This document shows, piece after piece, positions 20,233-32,069 of a stretch of DNA of 64,000 nt. The translations under genes and the position numbers were made by a program. The stretch comes from Aulosira sp. ZfuVER01. GTDB taxonomy: Bacteria; Cyanobacteriota; Cyanobacteriia; Cyanobacteriales; Nostocaceae. A model generated the notes under the pieces. It saw only the letters and a list, made by a program, of their open reading frames with translations, was not told where the DNA came from and ran no database searches. Each line of letters starts with the position of its first letter. Positions within the stretch are counted from its first letter, which is position 1. The stretch covers positions 32,001 to 96,000 of the forward strand of contig JAVRCV020000028.1 in NCBI GenBank assembly GCA_034530615.2. Direction: 5' to 3'.

Positions 20233-21594
20233 ATGGTAAATTCGCTTGATAATAACCCACCCCATCAGGTTGTTATAGTTGGTGGTGGCTTTGGGGGGTT
20301 GTATGCAGCAAAAGCACTTGCCAAGGCTCCGGTTAACGTTACGCTTATTGATAAACGCAACTTTCATTTATTTCAACCACTGCTGTACCAAGTCGCCACA
20401 GGTAATTTATCACCCGCTGATATTTCCTCACCCTTGCGATCGGTGCTGAGTAAGAGCAAAAATACTAAAGTATTGCTGGGATCTGTAAATGATATCGATC
20501 CAGAAGCACAGAAAGTGCTGGTTGACGGTGAAGCAATACCTTACGATACGTTGATTGTAGCTACAGGTGCCAAGCATTCCTACTTTGGTAAAGACGACTG
20601 GGAAGAATTCGCGCCTGGGTTAAAAACAGTGGAAGATGCGATAGAAATGCGTCGCCGGATTTTTACAGCATTTGAAGCAGCAGAGAAAGAACCCGATCCC
20701 GTAAAACGCCGTGCCTGGTTAACTTTTGTGATTGTCGGTGGTGGCCCTACAGGGGTAGAATTAGCAGGTGCGATCGCAGAGTTAGCATACCAAACCCTCA
20801 AAGAAGATTTTCGCAACATCGATACATCAGAAGCCAGAATTCTTTTATTAGAAGGTATGGATCGTATCCTGCCACCCTTTGCACCCGATTTATCACAAGC
20901 AGCAGAAAAATCTCTCAAAGAATTGGGCGTTATTGTCCAAACAAAAACATTAGTAACAAATATAGAAGATGATATTGTTACCCTTAAACAAGGTGATGGA
21001 CTTAGAGAAATTGCCTCAAAAACAATATTATGGGCAGCAGGTGTGAAAGCATCCCCAATGGGGAAAGTCTTAGCAGAACGTACAGGGGTTGAACTCGATC
21101 GTGCAGGACGAGTTATTGTTGAATCTGACTTAAGTGTTAAAGGATATGCCAATATTTTTGTAGTTGGTGACTTAGCAAACTTTTCTCATCAAGATGGCAA
21201 ACCTTTACCCGGTGTTGCACCAGTAGCCAAGCAAGAAGGAGAATACGTTGCCAAACTAATTGAACAGCGACTTCAAGGTAATATTTTGCCACCGTTTAAT
21301 TACATTAACCGGGGTAGTTTAGCAATGATTGGGCAAAATTCGGCTGTTGTAGATTTAGGATTTATTAAGCTTAGAGGTTTCTTTGCATGGCTATTTTGGC
21401 TCTTAGTGCATATATACTTTTTAATTGAGTTTGATAACAAATTAATAGTGATGATTCAGTGGGCATGGAACTATATCACCCGCAATCGTGGTGCAAGATT
21501 AATTACAGGAGCAGAATCGCTAACCCTAACAACATTTGACGATAGTCATAGTTATTACTCGTCAGAAAAAAGTAAACAAGCCATTAACGTTTAG
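20233..21594 (+). CDS. Type-2 NADH dehydrogenase (NDH-2)
   Basis: VVIVGGGFGG, FQPLLYQVATG, VIVGGGPTGVELAG, WAAGV, FVVGD. Confidence 0.93.
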   Translation: MVNSLDNNPPHQVVIVGGGFGGLYAAKALAKAPVNVTLIDKRNFHLFQPLLYQVATGNLSPADISSPLRSVLSKSKNTKVLLGSVNDIDPEAQKVLVDGEAIPYDTLIVATGAKHSYFGKDDWEEFAPGLKTVEDAIEMRRRIFTAFEAAEKEPDPVKRRAWLTFVIVGGGPTGVELAGAIAELAYQTLKEDFRNIDTSEARILLLEGMDRILPPFAPDLSQAAEKSLKELGVIVQTKTLVTNIEDDIVTLKQGDGLREIASKTILWAAGVKASPMGKVLAERTGVELDRAGRVIVESDLSVKGYANIFVVGDLANFSHQDGKPLPGVAPVAKQEGEYVAKLIEQRLQGNILPPFNYINRGSLAMIGQNSAVVDLGFIKLRGFFAWLFWLLVHIYFLIEFDNKLIVMIQWAWNYITRNRGARLITGAESLTLTTFDDSHSYYSSEKSKQAINV

Positions 21595-21698
21595 TAATTC
21601 AGTCAACAGGCCAACACAGATGAACCTGATTCTTTATCGGTGTTCATCTGTGGTTCATTGTATGATATTCGTGTTTTTGCAATAATTTTAATAATTAA

Positions 21699-21824
21699 TA
21701 TGATATCCGGTTGAACACTTGTCATTGCGACCGGAGGGAAGCAATCGCAAATATCTTGGGATTGCGTCGTTCCACTTCGTTGCACTCGCAATGACATATC
21801 ACAACTAATTTAGCGGACATGATA
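21699..21824. mobile_element. MITE-like palindromic element
   Basis: Imperfect ends tatgatatccg / cggacatgata and inner perfect stem tgtcattgcga...tcgcaatgaca. Confidence 0.6.
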
Positions 21825-21933
21825 TAAACGCTGATAAACACCGATAAATCAAGATATATCATCAATATCGGAGATTTCTGATAACCCAACATACCTTAAC
21901 TGAACAGTATTAATCCATCACCAATGGCAATAA

Positions 21934-23067
21934 CTAATTATTTCCAATCGGTAAATTAACAATAAACGTTGTACCAATTCCCGGTTTACTAGCAAAAGAA
22001 ATATCTCCACCATGCAACTCTACATAATGTTTCACAATTGCTAAACCCAAACCATTACCGGGAATATTGCCTACATTACTACATCTGTGAAAAGAATTGA
22101 ACAAATTTTCTTGATCGGCTTCAGGGATACCAATACCTTCATCTTGAATCCGGAAAATAACTTCGCCTGGTACATAAAAAATTTCAAAATGAACTGTGCC
22201 GCCTTTTGGTGAATATTTCACAGCATTTGTTAGCAAATTAGTCAAGATATGGCGGAGCATTTTTTCATCCAAGCTAATCAACTGTGAATTTTGTGTGGTG
22301 ATAGTATTTTTTGTACTGACGCTGCTTCCTTGAACAGTGAATATAATATTGTGATTTTCGCTAGCACTTAATTTAATATCCGCTATTAAATTTTTGCAAA
22401 ATTTTGCTAGATCCAATGGCTCTGGATTAAATTGAGCTTTACCTGTTTCTGCTTTACCCATCAACAGAATATCACCCAATAAATGCTCCAGGTGTTGCAC
22501 AGAATTTTGAATATGAGTGAGATATTCATCTTTCTTAGCTTCGTTTAATTGATGGCTATGATCTGTAAGTAATTCAGTACAAGTAAAAATATTACTTAAA
22601 GGATTACGGAATTCATGACTGATCATCGAGAAAAATTGGCTTTTTGTTTTTTGATGTTCTTTCTCTTTTTCTAACGCTTTACGCATTAGAACTTCAGTCT
22701 GATGCTTATTCAGAGCAATTTCAATAGTAGTAATTAATTGAGTTTCTTCAAATGGTTTAAGTATATAGCCAAACGGCTGGGTAGTCTTGGCTTTTTGTAA
22801 GTTACTCTGATCTGAATAAGCAGTCAGATAAACCACTGGGATATTAAAACGAGTGCCAATTTCAGCAGCAGCTTCTATACCACTCATCTCACCTTTTAAC
22901 ATGACATCCATCAAAACTAAATCTGGAGATAATTCTCCGGCTTTGATAATTGCTTGTTCTCCATAAGCAGCAATCGCTGGAACGGTATATCCTGCTTTCT
23001 CTAGACAAGATTTGATATCACAGGCAATAATTATTTCATTCTCAACAACCAGGATTTTTTCCTTCAT
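21934..23067 (-). CDS. Hybrid receiver-HisKA-HATPase protein
   Basis: REC (ILVVENE, DLVLMD, YILKPF); SHEFRNPL; NLLTNAVKYS; DEGIGI; GNGLGL. Confidence 0.92.
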   Translation of the reverse strand: MKEKILVVENEIIIACDIKSCLEKAGYTVPAIAAYGEQAIIKAGELSPDLVLMDVMLKGEMSGIEAAAEIGTRFNIPVVYLTAYSDQSNLQKAKTTQPFGYILKPFEETQLITTIEIALNKHQTEVLMRKALEKEKEHQKTKSQFFSMISHEFRNPLSNIFTCTELLTDHSHQLNEAKKDEYLTHIQNSVQHLEHLLGDILLMGKAETGKAQFNPEPLDLAKFCKNLIADIKLSASENHNIIFTVQGSSVSTKNTITTQNSQLISLDEKMLRHILTNLLTNAVKYSPKGGTVHFEIFYVPGEVIFRIQDEGIGIPEADQENLFNSFHRCSNVGNIPGNGLGLAIVKHYVELHGGDISFASKPGIGTTFIVNLPIGNN

Positions 23068-23080
23068 TTTTAGACTATCC

Positions 23081-25807
23081 TTAGTTTTGTTCGCTAAAAG
23101 TAATTGTGAATGAAGTTCCTAATGACGTATTAAATGTAATCATTCCTTCTAACTGCTCTACCAAACTCCAAACTAATTTCAAACCCAGTGATTGATTTCT
23201 ATAGATTTCTATGTCTTTAGATAACCCCACACCGTTATCGCTAACAATTAATGAATATTGGTTTTTATCTGTCTCTATAAGTTCTACATAAATATCACCT
23301 TGCTGGTTATTTGCAAAAGCGTGTTTTATGGAATTAGTGACTAATTCATTGAGAATTAAACCACAGGAAATGGCAGTATCTATTTTTAACGAGATATTTT
23401 TAATATTTAAATGGATTTTGTTTTTAGAGTTTACTCCATAAGAACGTAATAAATTATTAGTTAAGCTCCTTACATAATCACAAAATTCAATTTTTGTGAT
23501 GTCATGAGACTGATATAAGTTTTCATGAATTATTGCCATAGCTCGGACACGATTATGGCTATCTTGAAAAATTTCTAAAGTTTCACCATCTTTAACGTAT
23601 CTTGTTTGTAGACGTAACAAACTGGAGATAATTTGTAAATTATTTTTAACGCGATGGTGAATTTCTTTTAAGAGAATTTCTTTCTCTTTTAAAGATACTT
23701 TGAGTTTATTTTCTACTTGTGTTCTAGCAGTAATATCAGTATTTGAACCAGCTATAAAACACTCATTGCTTTGGGTATCACAAAGGAATGTACCACGGCT
23801 GAGGAACCATATACAGCTACCATCTTTGTTAAGCATTCGATGCTCAATTTCGTATTTCGGAGTGATTCCTGCTAAATACTGATTTAGGGCATTTTTTACA
23901 TACTCAATATCATCAGGATGAACAAAATTTAACCATTCATCATAAGATTTAGGGATTTCCTGATCTGTATAGCCAAGCATAGCTTGCAAGTTGGGATCTA
24001 TGTAAATTTCATTAGTTTTAATATTCCATTCCCATATACCTACTTTCCCCGCATTAATGGCTCGAATATATCTTTCTTCACTGATTCTGAGTGCTTGCTC
24101 TACACGCTTGCGTTCTAAAGCATTTCCGAGAATTTCTCCTACCATTTTTAGCATGGTAATACTATCTGCTGTCCAAGTTTTTGTAGTTTTAACTGAGTCA
24201 AATTCTAAATAGCCAATCAGCAAACCACTACATACTATGGGCACAATAATTAGTGATTGAATATTTTGTGTAGTTAAATCTAGTTTTGTTGTGCTGACTG
24301 TCACTAGCAAGTCATTAACATGAGGAAGATGAAGAGTTTCAAAGTTACTTAGTTTTTCTCTTCCCCAGGATAAAACTACATCTCTAATATCTTGTAAGTT
24401 ATCAATTTGCTTTTCTATACCATCGGCATACCATTTATAGGTATCGTCTATCTTAGTATCTTCATCAAGTACAAATACATAAGCACAATCGACATTAGTA
24501 ACTTCGCCAATTAGCTGTAATGCTTGGTTAATACCGTTCTCAATCTCATCAGGAGCAAGATTAATAAAATGGGTTGATATAGCAGTAATCAGTTTTTCAA
24601 GTTCAACCCGATATCGTAAGGCCTCTTCGATACGCTGGCGTTCACTAATTTCTTGTAGCAAACGGCTATTAGTATCTTTTAATTCTTGTGTTCTCTCTTC
24701 AATGCGAATTTCTAGTTCTCCTTTAGCTTTCTGCAATGCTTCTTGTACTTGCTTGCATTCAGAAATATTGCGGATAATGGCAATGATTTGATGCTGAACT
24801 GATGGTAATAGCCGTGCTTCAAAAGTTGCTTCTTCTCCCGCTATTAGCAAAGAATATTCAATTGCTACAAGGGAATTTGTTTGCTGTACTTGCAAAATAG
24901 CTTTGAGGAATTTAGCACCAACATTCGCTGGGAAAACCTCTTGCATTTTTTTGCCGATAAAATCTTCTGGAGGTAGATAAAATTCTGAAGTTTGTTTAGC
25001 GTAGTAACTCAGAATTGTCCCATCTTGATCGAGCCGAAAATATAGATCGGGAAATACTTGAAATATTTCTTGTAGTTCAGAAGTAGTTTGCAGGAGTTGT
25101 GCTTCTATAGTAATGCGATCGCATATTCCTTGTTGCAACTGCTTATTAGCTGCTATTAATTCTGTAGTTGCTCGATCAATGCGTCTTTCTGACTCTTCTT
25201 CAGCTTTTTTTAAGCTCATTTCTAATGAACAACGTTGTGCAATTTCTAATTGCAAATTTTCTGTGATTTTGGCAAGTTCTTTTTGCAAACCAAAAGCCAG
25301 GCTTTCTGGTGTAACAATTCCTAATAATTGTCCTTGCTCATTCACAATTGGTAGATGAGTTATGCCATACTGCTGTATGAGAGTCAATGTTTTATTAACA
25401 TCAAAATCTGCCGCTAAAGTAATCACAGGTTCTCTCATCACTTCAGCAAGTTTAACTGCTGCCAAATTCATTCCAGAATTAATAAGCCTGATTACGTCAG
25501 CAAGTGTAACTATACCTAATAATTGCAATTTATCTACAACATATATGCAATCAATAGGCCGATTAATTTGATTATTTGGTGAAGTTTTTTTGCTAACACC
25601 AAGATGATTGAAAGTAGGCAGCGATTGTCCTGCAACTACTTTAACTTGGCTGCGGTAAGTATGTAAACTGTGAGCAGCCACAAATGAGCCATTATCTATG
25701 CCAATGTTTTCTCCTGCTTGTCCCATATAAATGAGAATTTCTTTTAAAGGTGTGTGAGGAGCAAAAGTCAAGATAAAGTCTTGGATGACATAGTCTAATA
25801 CAGGCAT
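23081..25807 (-). CDS. Sensor histidine kinase (CBS-CBS-PAS-GAF-PAS-HisKA_2-HATPase)
   Basis: CBS ([16 protein letters not shown]), PAS (VHPDD), [34 protein letters not shown]. Confidence 0.9.
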   Translation of the reverse strand: MPVLDYVIQDFILTFAPHTPLKEILIYMGQAGENIGIDNGSFVAAHSLHTYRSQVKVVAGQSLPTFNHLGVSKKTSPNNQINRPIDCIYVVDKLQLLGIVTLADVIRLINSGMNLAAVKLAEVMREPVITLAADFDVNKTLTLIQQYGITHLPIVNEQGQLLGIVTPESLAFGLQKELAKITENLQLEIAQRCSLEMSLKKAEEESERRIDRATTELIAANKQLQQGICDRITIEAQLLQTTSELQEIFQVFPDLYFRLDQDGTILSYYAKQTSEFYLPPEDFIGKKMQEVFPANVGAKFLKAILQVQQTNSLVAIEYSLLIAGEEATFEARLLPSVQHQIIAIIRNISECKQVQEALQKAKGELEIRIEERTQELKDTNSRLLQEISERQRIEEALRYRVELEKLITAISTHFINLAPDEIENGINQALQLIGEVTNVDCAYVFVLDEDTKIDDTYKWYADGIEKQIDNLQDIRDVVLSWGREKLSNFETLHLPHVNDLLVTVSTTKLDLTTQNIQSLIIVPIVCSGLLIGYLEFDSVKTTKTWTADSITMLKMVGEILGNALERKRVEQALRISEERYIRAINAGKVGIWEWNIKTNEIYIDPNLQAMLGYTDQEIPKSYDEWLNFVHPDDIEYVKNALNQYLAGITPKYEIEHRMLNKDGSCIWFLSRGTFLCDTQSNECFIAGSNTDITARTQVENKLKVSLKEKEILLKEIHHRVKNNLQIISSLLRLQTRYVKDGETLEIFQDSHNRVRAMAIIHENLYQSHDITKIEFCDYVRSLTNNLLRSYGVNSKNKIHLNIKNISLKIDTAISCGLILNELVTNSIKHAFANNQQGDIYVELIETDKNQYSLIVSDNGVGLSKDIEIYRNQSLGLKLVWSLVEQLEGMITFNTSLGTSFTITFSEQN

Positions 25808-26549
25808 ATTGGCAACTTTTAATAACTACATTAATGCTGTAGCAACTCATTCAGTTGAAGAGTTAAAAATGTCAAGAATAATTATCGTCTAGCTCAATTA
25901 TTCTCCATAAGGCTGATAGAATGGAAATTCTAAATTCCTCTTAATCTAATTATTCATCTGAAGAATCAAAAATTACAGCGTTTTCAGTAAAAGCTATCTA
26001 GGAAATATTACTGTTAACACCAAGCTATAGCACTTCAAGATCGCAATTGCTCTCATCAAAAAGTGCAAAGATGAATAAAGAGGACGAAATAATCTTTACT
26101 ACTAGAACGCTAATAGCAGTTTTTAGTATAATTGCTTATTCATGAAGATATCATACTCAGATAAGCGTAAATGCTGTCTCACATCAGACCGATCTGATGT
26201 GGTATGGTGATAGATTGATGACATTGCTACCCTGAAAAATAAATATACGATTTATGGTCATATAACGCCTATATCGGTCAAATATGACTAATATAGATTT
26301 TAAGATGACAATTTCCTATAGTCAGCTTAAGTCATCATTAGTGTTATTTCTTCCGTGTTTATACTTAAAAATTTTTATCGAGTATTAAGTTAAATTAGAA
26401 ACTTTATATTCTAAAATTGCCGCATTTTCGCAGCCCCTAAACATGGAAATTCCTTATTGCCTGAGAAAAGTTCCAATAGCTAAAGGCACTCAGCACTTTT
26501 TTAGTGAAGTTAGCCAGTAAATTAGAGATAGGGCGTAAAAAATAAACTG

Positions 26550-27836
26550 ATGAAAGCGATCGCTTCTAGTCTGGCATCTATCGTCAATGAAGAAAATGCT
26601 GTCTATCTCTGGGAAAATCTTGAACCCACACGTAAAGAATCTATCCAAAAGGCAATGGCTACTGGTAGATACCCCAGTTGTATTGTCTATCCCCGCACTC
26701 AAGAACAACTAGCCGCCATTATTGCAGAAGCACACCGCCAAAATTGGCGTGTCCTCCCCTGTGGTAGTAGTAGCAAACTTAGCTGGGGTGGTTTGGCTCA
26801 GGATATTGATGTGGTAGTGAGTACAGAACGCATCAATCAACTGATTGAACACGCCGTTGGAGATTTGACTGTCACGGTAGAAGCTGGCATGAAGTTCTCC
26901 GAACTCCAAGGAATTTTGGCAAAATCTCGGCAATTTTTGGCGCTTGACCCCACTGCACCAGAGTTGGCAACCATTGGCGGTATAGTTGCTACAGCTAATA
27001 CAGGTTCCCTCAGACAACGTTATGGTAGTGTGCGCGACCAGTTGCTAGGTATTACCTTTGTACGTGCTGATGGTCAAATTGCCAAAGCTGGGGGAAGAGT
27101 AGTGAAAAATGTCGCAGGATATGACCTGATGAAGTTGTTTACTGGGTCTTATGGCTCATTGGGGATTATCACTCAAGTAACATTCAGAGTTTACCCGCAG
27201 CAAGAAGCTTCAGCAACGGTGGTACTAACTGGCACAGCAGAGACGATATCTAACGCTGCTGCTACTTTACGAGGTTCGGCGTTAACACCAACCCAAGCTG
27301 ATTTACTATCTACTAAACTCGTATCTAGCTTAGGTTTGGGTAAAGGATTGGGATTAATTACCCGGTTTCAAAGTATTAGCGAAAGTGTCAACGAACAAGC
27401 AAATCGAATGTTGGAAGTTGGGCAACAATTAGAATTAGCTGGAAACCTTTATGTAGCCAAGGATGAAGCTAATTTATGGCAGAGATTGCCAGAACAAATG
27501 CACTCTTCTGTTACAGATTTCCCGATTACTTGCAAAATAGGAGTATTACCTAGTGCTGCTGTTGAAGTTTTAAATAAAGTAGAAATGGGGTTGATTCACA
27601 TTAGTAGTGGATTGGGAGTTTTGAGTTTAAATAGCCAAAAACAAGCTTTGAAAATGCGCGATATCTGCCAAGTTCATAGTGGGTTTCTTTCTATTTTAGA
27701 AGCACCAAATACAGTAAAAGAGAAATCTGATGTGTGGGGATATACGGGTAATGCTTTGGATTTGATGCGCCGTATCAAAGCACAGTTTGACAGTAAGAAT
27801 ATTTTAAGTCCTGGTCGATTTGTGGGTGGAATTTAG
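26550..27836 (+). CDS. glcE: FAD-binding oxidoreductase, GlcE-like
   Basis: DLTVTVEAG, ATIGGIVA, GGRVVKNVAGYDLMKL, FD..NILSPGRF; next to glcF. Confidence 0.82.
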   Translation: MKAIASSLASIVNEENAVYLWENLEPTRKESIQKAMATGRYPSCIVYPRTQEQLAAIIAEAHRQNWRVLPCGSSSKLSWGGLAQDIDVVVSTERINQLIEHAVGDLTVTVEAGMKFSELQGILAKSRQFLALDPTAPELATIGGIVATANTGSLRQRYGSVRDQLLGITFVRADGQIAKAGGRVVKNVAGYDLMKLFTGSYGSLGIITQVTFRVYPQQEASATVVLTGTAETISNAAATLRGSALTPTQADLLSTKLVSSLGLGKGLGLITRFQSISESVNEQANRMLEVGQQLELAGNLYVAKDEANLWQRLPEQMHSSVTDFPITCKIGVLPSAAVEVLNKVEMGLIHISSGLGVLSLNSQKQALKMRDICQVHSGFLSILEAPNTVKEKSDVWGYTGNALDLMRRIKAQFDSKNILSPGRFVGGI

Positions 27837-27859
27837 GTTTTAAACGAACCGCCAAGACG

Positions 27860-27903
27860 AGCCAGTGCGTTGGACGGGTTTCCCGGCTTGAAGCAACTGG
27901 CGT
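27860..27903. repeat. Small dispersed structured repeat (SDR-like)
   Basis: gccagtgc...gggtttccc...gcaactggc nested stems inside a gccaag tandem run; related copy at 42509-42548. Confidence 0.55.
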
Positions 27904-27939
27904 AGCCAAGGAAGCCAAGAGAGAGGGGATAGGGGTTTT

Positions 27940-29295
27940 ATGCAAGTTTCAGAAAATTATGTTAATAATACGGCAAGTTTGAAGAATTTACAGGGTTTCG
28001 ATGGAAATCATCCACCAGATCCAAAGTTAATTGATAGTTGTGTGCATTGTGGATTTTGTCTTTCGACTTGTCCTAGTTATCGGGTGCTGGGTAAGGAGAT
28101 GGATTCTCCCAGAGGACGCATCTATTTAATGGATGCAATTAATGAAGGTGAAATTGCACTTAATACGGCAACGGTAGAACATTTTGATTCTTGTTTGGGG
28201 TGTCTGGCTTGTGTAACAACTTGTCCTTCTGGTGTACAGTATGACAAGTTAATTTCTGCAACTCGTCACCAAGTTGAACGTAACTATACGCGCAGTTTGC
28301 CAGATAAATTAGTTCGTCAACTCATATTTTCTCTGTTTCCCAACCCTGATATTTTGAGAATTTTACTCGTACCATTATTGCTTTATCAAAAGTTGGGTGT
28401 TTCCAAATTCATTCGCGCTACGGGTTTACTCAAAAATATATCTCCTCGTTTGGCAGCAATGGAATCAATTCTGCCAGAAATTACTTTGAAAACTTTTCAA
28501 AATAATTTACCGACGGTTATTCCAGCACAGGGTAAGAAGCGTTACCGAGTCGGGGTAATTTTGGGATGTGTGCAACGGCTATTTTTCTCTCCCGTTAATG
28601 AAGCTACGGTGCGGGTATTGACAGCGAATGGTTGTGAAGTTGTGATTCCGCAATCGCAAGGTTGTTGTGCGGCCCTTCCCGAACACCAAGGACAAACCGA
28701 ACAAGCGAAAGCTTTAGCCAGACAGATGATTGATAGTTTTGCAAAGACTGATGTAGATTTTGTCATTATCAATGCTGCTGGTTGCGGACATACATTGAAA
28801 GAGTACGGTCACATTTTAGAAGATGACTCAGAATATCGAGAAAAGGCGAAAGAATTTGCGGCTAAGGTAAAAGATGCTCAAGAATTTTTGGCAACTGTGG
28901 GTTTAACAGCGAAACTATTGCCGATAACAGATAAACCTTTGAATTTGGTTTATCAAGATGCTTGTCATTTATTACACGGACAAAAAATTAGCGTGCAACC
29001 GCGTCAGTTATTGCGACAAATTCCTGGTGTGAAGTTAAAAGAACCCTTGGATGCTGCTTTGTGTTGTGGCAGTGCGGGTGTTTATAATATGCTGCAACCG
29101 GAAGTTGCAGAAGAACTAGGTCAGCAAAAGGTACAGAATTTGCTCAATACTGGTGCTAATTTAATTGCTTCTGCTAATCCTGGCTGTACGTTACAGATTA
29201 CTAAGCATTTGCAGTTGCAAGGTAAGAATATTTCTGTAATTCATCCGATGGAGTTGTTGGATTACTCGATTCGGGGCGAAAAGTTGGCAGTTTAA
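27940..29295 (+). CDS. glcF: Glycolate oxidase Fe-S subunit
   Basis: CVHCGFCLSTCP, CLGCLACVTTCP, CCG domains, SANPGC. Confidence 0.9.
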   Translation: MQVSENYVNNTASLKNLQGFDGNHPPDPKLIDSCVHCGFCLSTCPSYRVLGKEMDSPRGRIYLMDAINEGEIALNTATVEHFDSCLGCLACVTTCPSGVQYDKLISATRHQVERNYTRSLPDKLVRQLIFSLFPNPDILRILLVPLLLYQKLGVSKFIRATGLLKNISPRLAAMESILPEITLKTFQNNLPTVIPAQGKKRYRVGVILGCVQRLFFSPVNEATVRVLTANGCEVVIPQSQGCCAALPEHQGQTEQAKALARQMIDSFAKTDVDFVIINAAGCGHTLKEYGHILEDDSEYREKAKEFAAKVKDAQEFLATVGLTAKLLPITDKPLNLVYQDACHLLHGQKISVQPRQLLRQIPGVKLKEPLDAALCCGSAGVYNMLQPEVAEELGQQKVQNLLNTGANLIASANPGCTLQITKHLQLQGKNISVIHPMELLDYSIRGEKLAV

Positions 29296-29429
29296 CTTTA
29301 TTTTCCACTTAAGTTCAGATCCCTGGAAGCAGGAGATCTGAACTTTTCAGCATACAGTCAAATAATTTCTTTTTGCATAAGTAAGTAGACGAGAAAAATC
29401 CAATATATGCAAAGAAATATAAATTATCG

Positions 29430-29514
29430 GTAGGGTGTGTTATGCCGTAGGCTAACGCACCTTTAAAGGTTAATGGTGTGTCGGTGCGTTGCGCTGCGCG
29501 ACAACACACCCTAC
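29430..29514. repeat. GTAG-type REP-like palindrome
   Basis: gtagggtgtgtt...aacacaccctac 12-bp arms with inner aacgcacc/ggtgcgtt stem, between convergent genes. Confidence 0.65.
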
Positions 29515-29559
29515 ATTTAAGACTACATTTAAGACTTACTTATTACTTACTAAATAACT

Positions 29560-31659
29560 TCAATTTTTAAATTGTAAAATTAAATGATTGCGTTGCGTTA
29601 ATATTGCTTTCCATCCCGGTTCCACTATAATTGTGCTGATTTTTTCGGCAATAATCGCAGGCCCATGAATACTATCTTCAGGTTGTAAATCTTCCCGCCG
29701 ATAAACTGGTGTATCATGCCATTGTTCAGCAGCAAACATCTTGACTATTTCAACAGATTGGGGGGCTGCATTTAACGGACGTTTACGAATAATTAAGGGT
29801 TCTTCGGGAGTATCCATTTTCTGAATTACTTCCACTGATACAGATTCAACAATTAGGCTTTTTTCTAATTGAATAAAGCCGTAGCGAGATTTATGTTCAA
29901 CCTCAAATTTTTCTCGCATTATTGCCACTTCAGAGACGAAATCAACGCTCAAAGTAGAGTTTGTAGCTTCATATTTTAAATTTAATTTTTGAACTACTTG
30001 ATTTTGACTGCTATCTTCATAATCGCTGAGTTCACTTCTCGCCTGAATTGCTAAACTCTCCATTAACTGTTGTAATTGCGGAATTAATGCTGGAGTTAAA
30101 GGCTGTTCTACTCCCTTTTCTCTGATGGCGCGGACATCTGCTAATCCCATTCCGTAAGCAGAGAGAACTCCAGCATAAGGATGTAGAAATATAGTTTTCA
30201 TCCCTAAAGTATTGGCAATTAAACAAGCAACTTGTCCACCTGCGCCGCCAAAACAACAAAGCACATATTGAGTGACATCATAACCTCGTTGTAGACTAAT
30301 CTTTTTAATTGCATTTGCCATATTTTCTACAGCAATAGCAATAAAACCCGCAGCTACGTGTTCGGGGGTAGGAGTGTTTCCTGTGGCTGTTGCAATTTCT
30401 TGAGCTAATTGTTGAAATTTAGATATGACAATATCTTTATCTAATGCTAAATTACCCTCAGTTCCAAAGACTGAAGGAAAATATTGCGGATGAATTTTGC
30501 CTAACATGACATTAGCATCAGTCACCGCTAAAGGGCCACCACGCCGATAACAAGCAGGCCCGGGATTTGAACCCGCCGATTCCGGCCCAACGCGATAACT
30601 AGAACCATCAAAAAATAAAATTGAACCGCCACCAGCTGCAATGGTATTTATCGCTAATACGGGAACTCGCATTCTCGCGCCAGCAATTTCTGATTCTAAC
30701 TGTCGTTCATACTCGCCTTTAAAATGGGCAACATCGGTACTGGTTCCGCCCATATCAAAGGTAATGACTAAGTCGAAACCTGCTCTTTTACTAGTTTGAA
30801 CTGCACCAACAATTCCGCCAGCCGGGCCGCTTAAAATGCTATCTTTACCTTGAAATTGTTCGGCTGCAACTAAACCGCCATCAGACTTCATAAACATCAA
30901 TCTGACTCCAGGTAACTGACTAGCTACTTGGTTAACATAGCGCCGCAAAATCGGAGTTAAATAAGCATCTACAACTGTTGTATCACCTCGGCTAACCAAT
31001 TTCATTAAAGGGCTAACTTTGTGAGATACTGATATTTGCGTAAATCCAATTTCTTGGGCAAGTCGCTCAACTTGTTGTTCGTGCCCATGATAGCGATCGC
31101 TATGCATAAATACAATGGCACAACTCCGAATCCCTGTGTTGTAAACTGCTTGTAAGTCTTTTTTTGCTTGTTCGCTATTTACAGGAATTAATTCTTTCCC
31201 ATAAGCATCATAGCGTTCGTCTACCTCAACCACCTGCTCATAAAGCATGGTTGGTAAAATGATCTGACGGGCAAAAATATCAGGACGGTTTTGGTAGCCA
31301 ATTCGCAATGCATCTTTAAATCCTTTGGTGATGAAAAGGGCTACTCTATCACCTTTTCTTTCTAACAGTGCATTTGTAGCTACTGTTGTCCCCATTTTGA
31401 CTACTTCTATAATTTCAGTAGGGATAGGTTCGTTACTGTTAAGACCGATAATATCCCGAATACCTTGGATTGCTGCATCTTGATATTGTTCGGGATTTTC
31501 TGAAAGTAATTTATAGACTATAATCCATTCGTGATTAGGCAGAGGCACAATTAAAAAACGTTCGGGATGTTTTGAAATTCTTTCTATAATTGCCCGATTA
31601 TTAGTAACAGCGACAATATCTGTAAATGTGCCACCCCGGTCTGCGAAAAATTTTAACAT
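29560..31659 (-). CDS. Hydantoinase A / 5-oxoprolinase N-terminal (ATPase) subunit
   Basis: [50 protein letters not shown]. Confidence 0.9.
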   Translation of the reverse strand: MLKFFADRGGTFTDIVAVTNNRAIIERISKHPERFLIVPLPNHEWIIVYKLLSENPEQYQDAAIQGIRDIIGLNSNEPIPTEIIEVVKMGTTVATNALLERKGDRVALFITKGFKDALRIGYQNRPDIFARQIILPTMLYEQVVEVDERYDAYGKELIPVNSEQAKKDLQAVYNTGIRSCAIVFMHSDRYHGHEQQVERLAQEIGFTQISVSHKVSPLMKLVSRGDTTVVDAYLTPILRRYVNQVASQLPGVRLMFMKSDGGLVAAEQFQGKDSILSGPAGGIVGAVQTSKRAGFDLVITFDMGGTSTDVAHFKGEYERQLESEIAGARMRVPVLAINTIAAGGGSILFFDGSSYRVGPESAGSNPGPACYRRGGPLAVTDANVMLGKIHPQYFPSVFGTEGNLALDKDIVISKFQQLAQEIATATGNTPTPEHVAAGFIAIAVENMANAIKKISLQRGYDVTQYVLCCFGGAGGQVACLIANTLGMKTIFLHPYAGVLSAYGMGLADVRAIREKGVEQPLTPALIPQLQQLMESLAIQARSELSDYEDSSQNQVVQKLNLKYEATNSTLSVDFVSEVAIMREKFEVEHKSRYGFIQLEKSLIVESVSVEVIQKMDTPEEPLIIRKRPLNAAPQSVEIVKMFAAEQWHDTPVYRREDLQPEDSIHGPAIIAEKISTIIVEPGWKAILTQRNHLILQFKN

Positions 31660-32069
31660 TACTTGGTGTATTAAATTATCTAGAAGTAGGATAACGAGGT
31701 AACTGCAAGGATCTCTACTTCAAGTTTGGATTATTGTAGCGGACTAACTTAAATACAGAAAAGTCAATTCAATTAAGTTTAGAAACCAGCCGGAAAGGAT
31801 AGTGGGGTACAACCACAAGATATAAGTCTACAGCTATTTCTCCAAGCGAAGATTTTCAGCCGTATGAAGCACGCGCGCATTTTAAGAAAGAAACTGATTC
31901 TGCTAAGGTTCAAATTACTGTGCAATTTGAAACTAGCGGCATTCTTCAGATTAGAAATATTGAATTGCTACAAGCCCCAGCTAAATCATGCTCCTAATCA
32001 AAGATTCAATTGGTGCGTTATTCGGCTTGAACGCAACCAATGAATAATATAGGGGCTTCAGTGCCTCTA

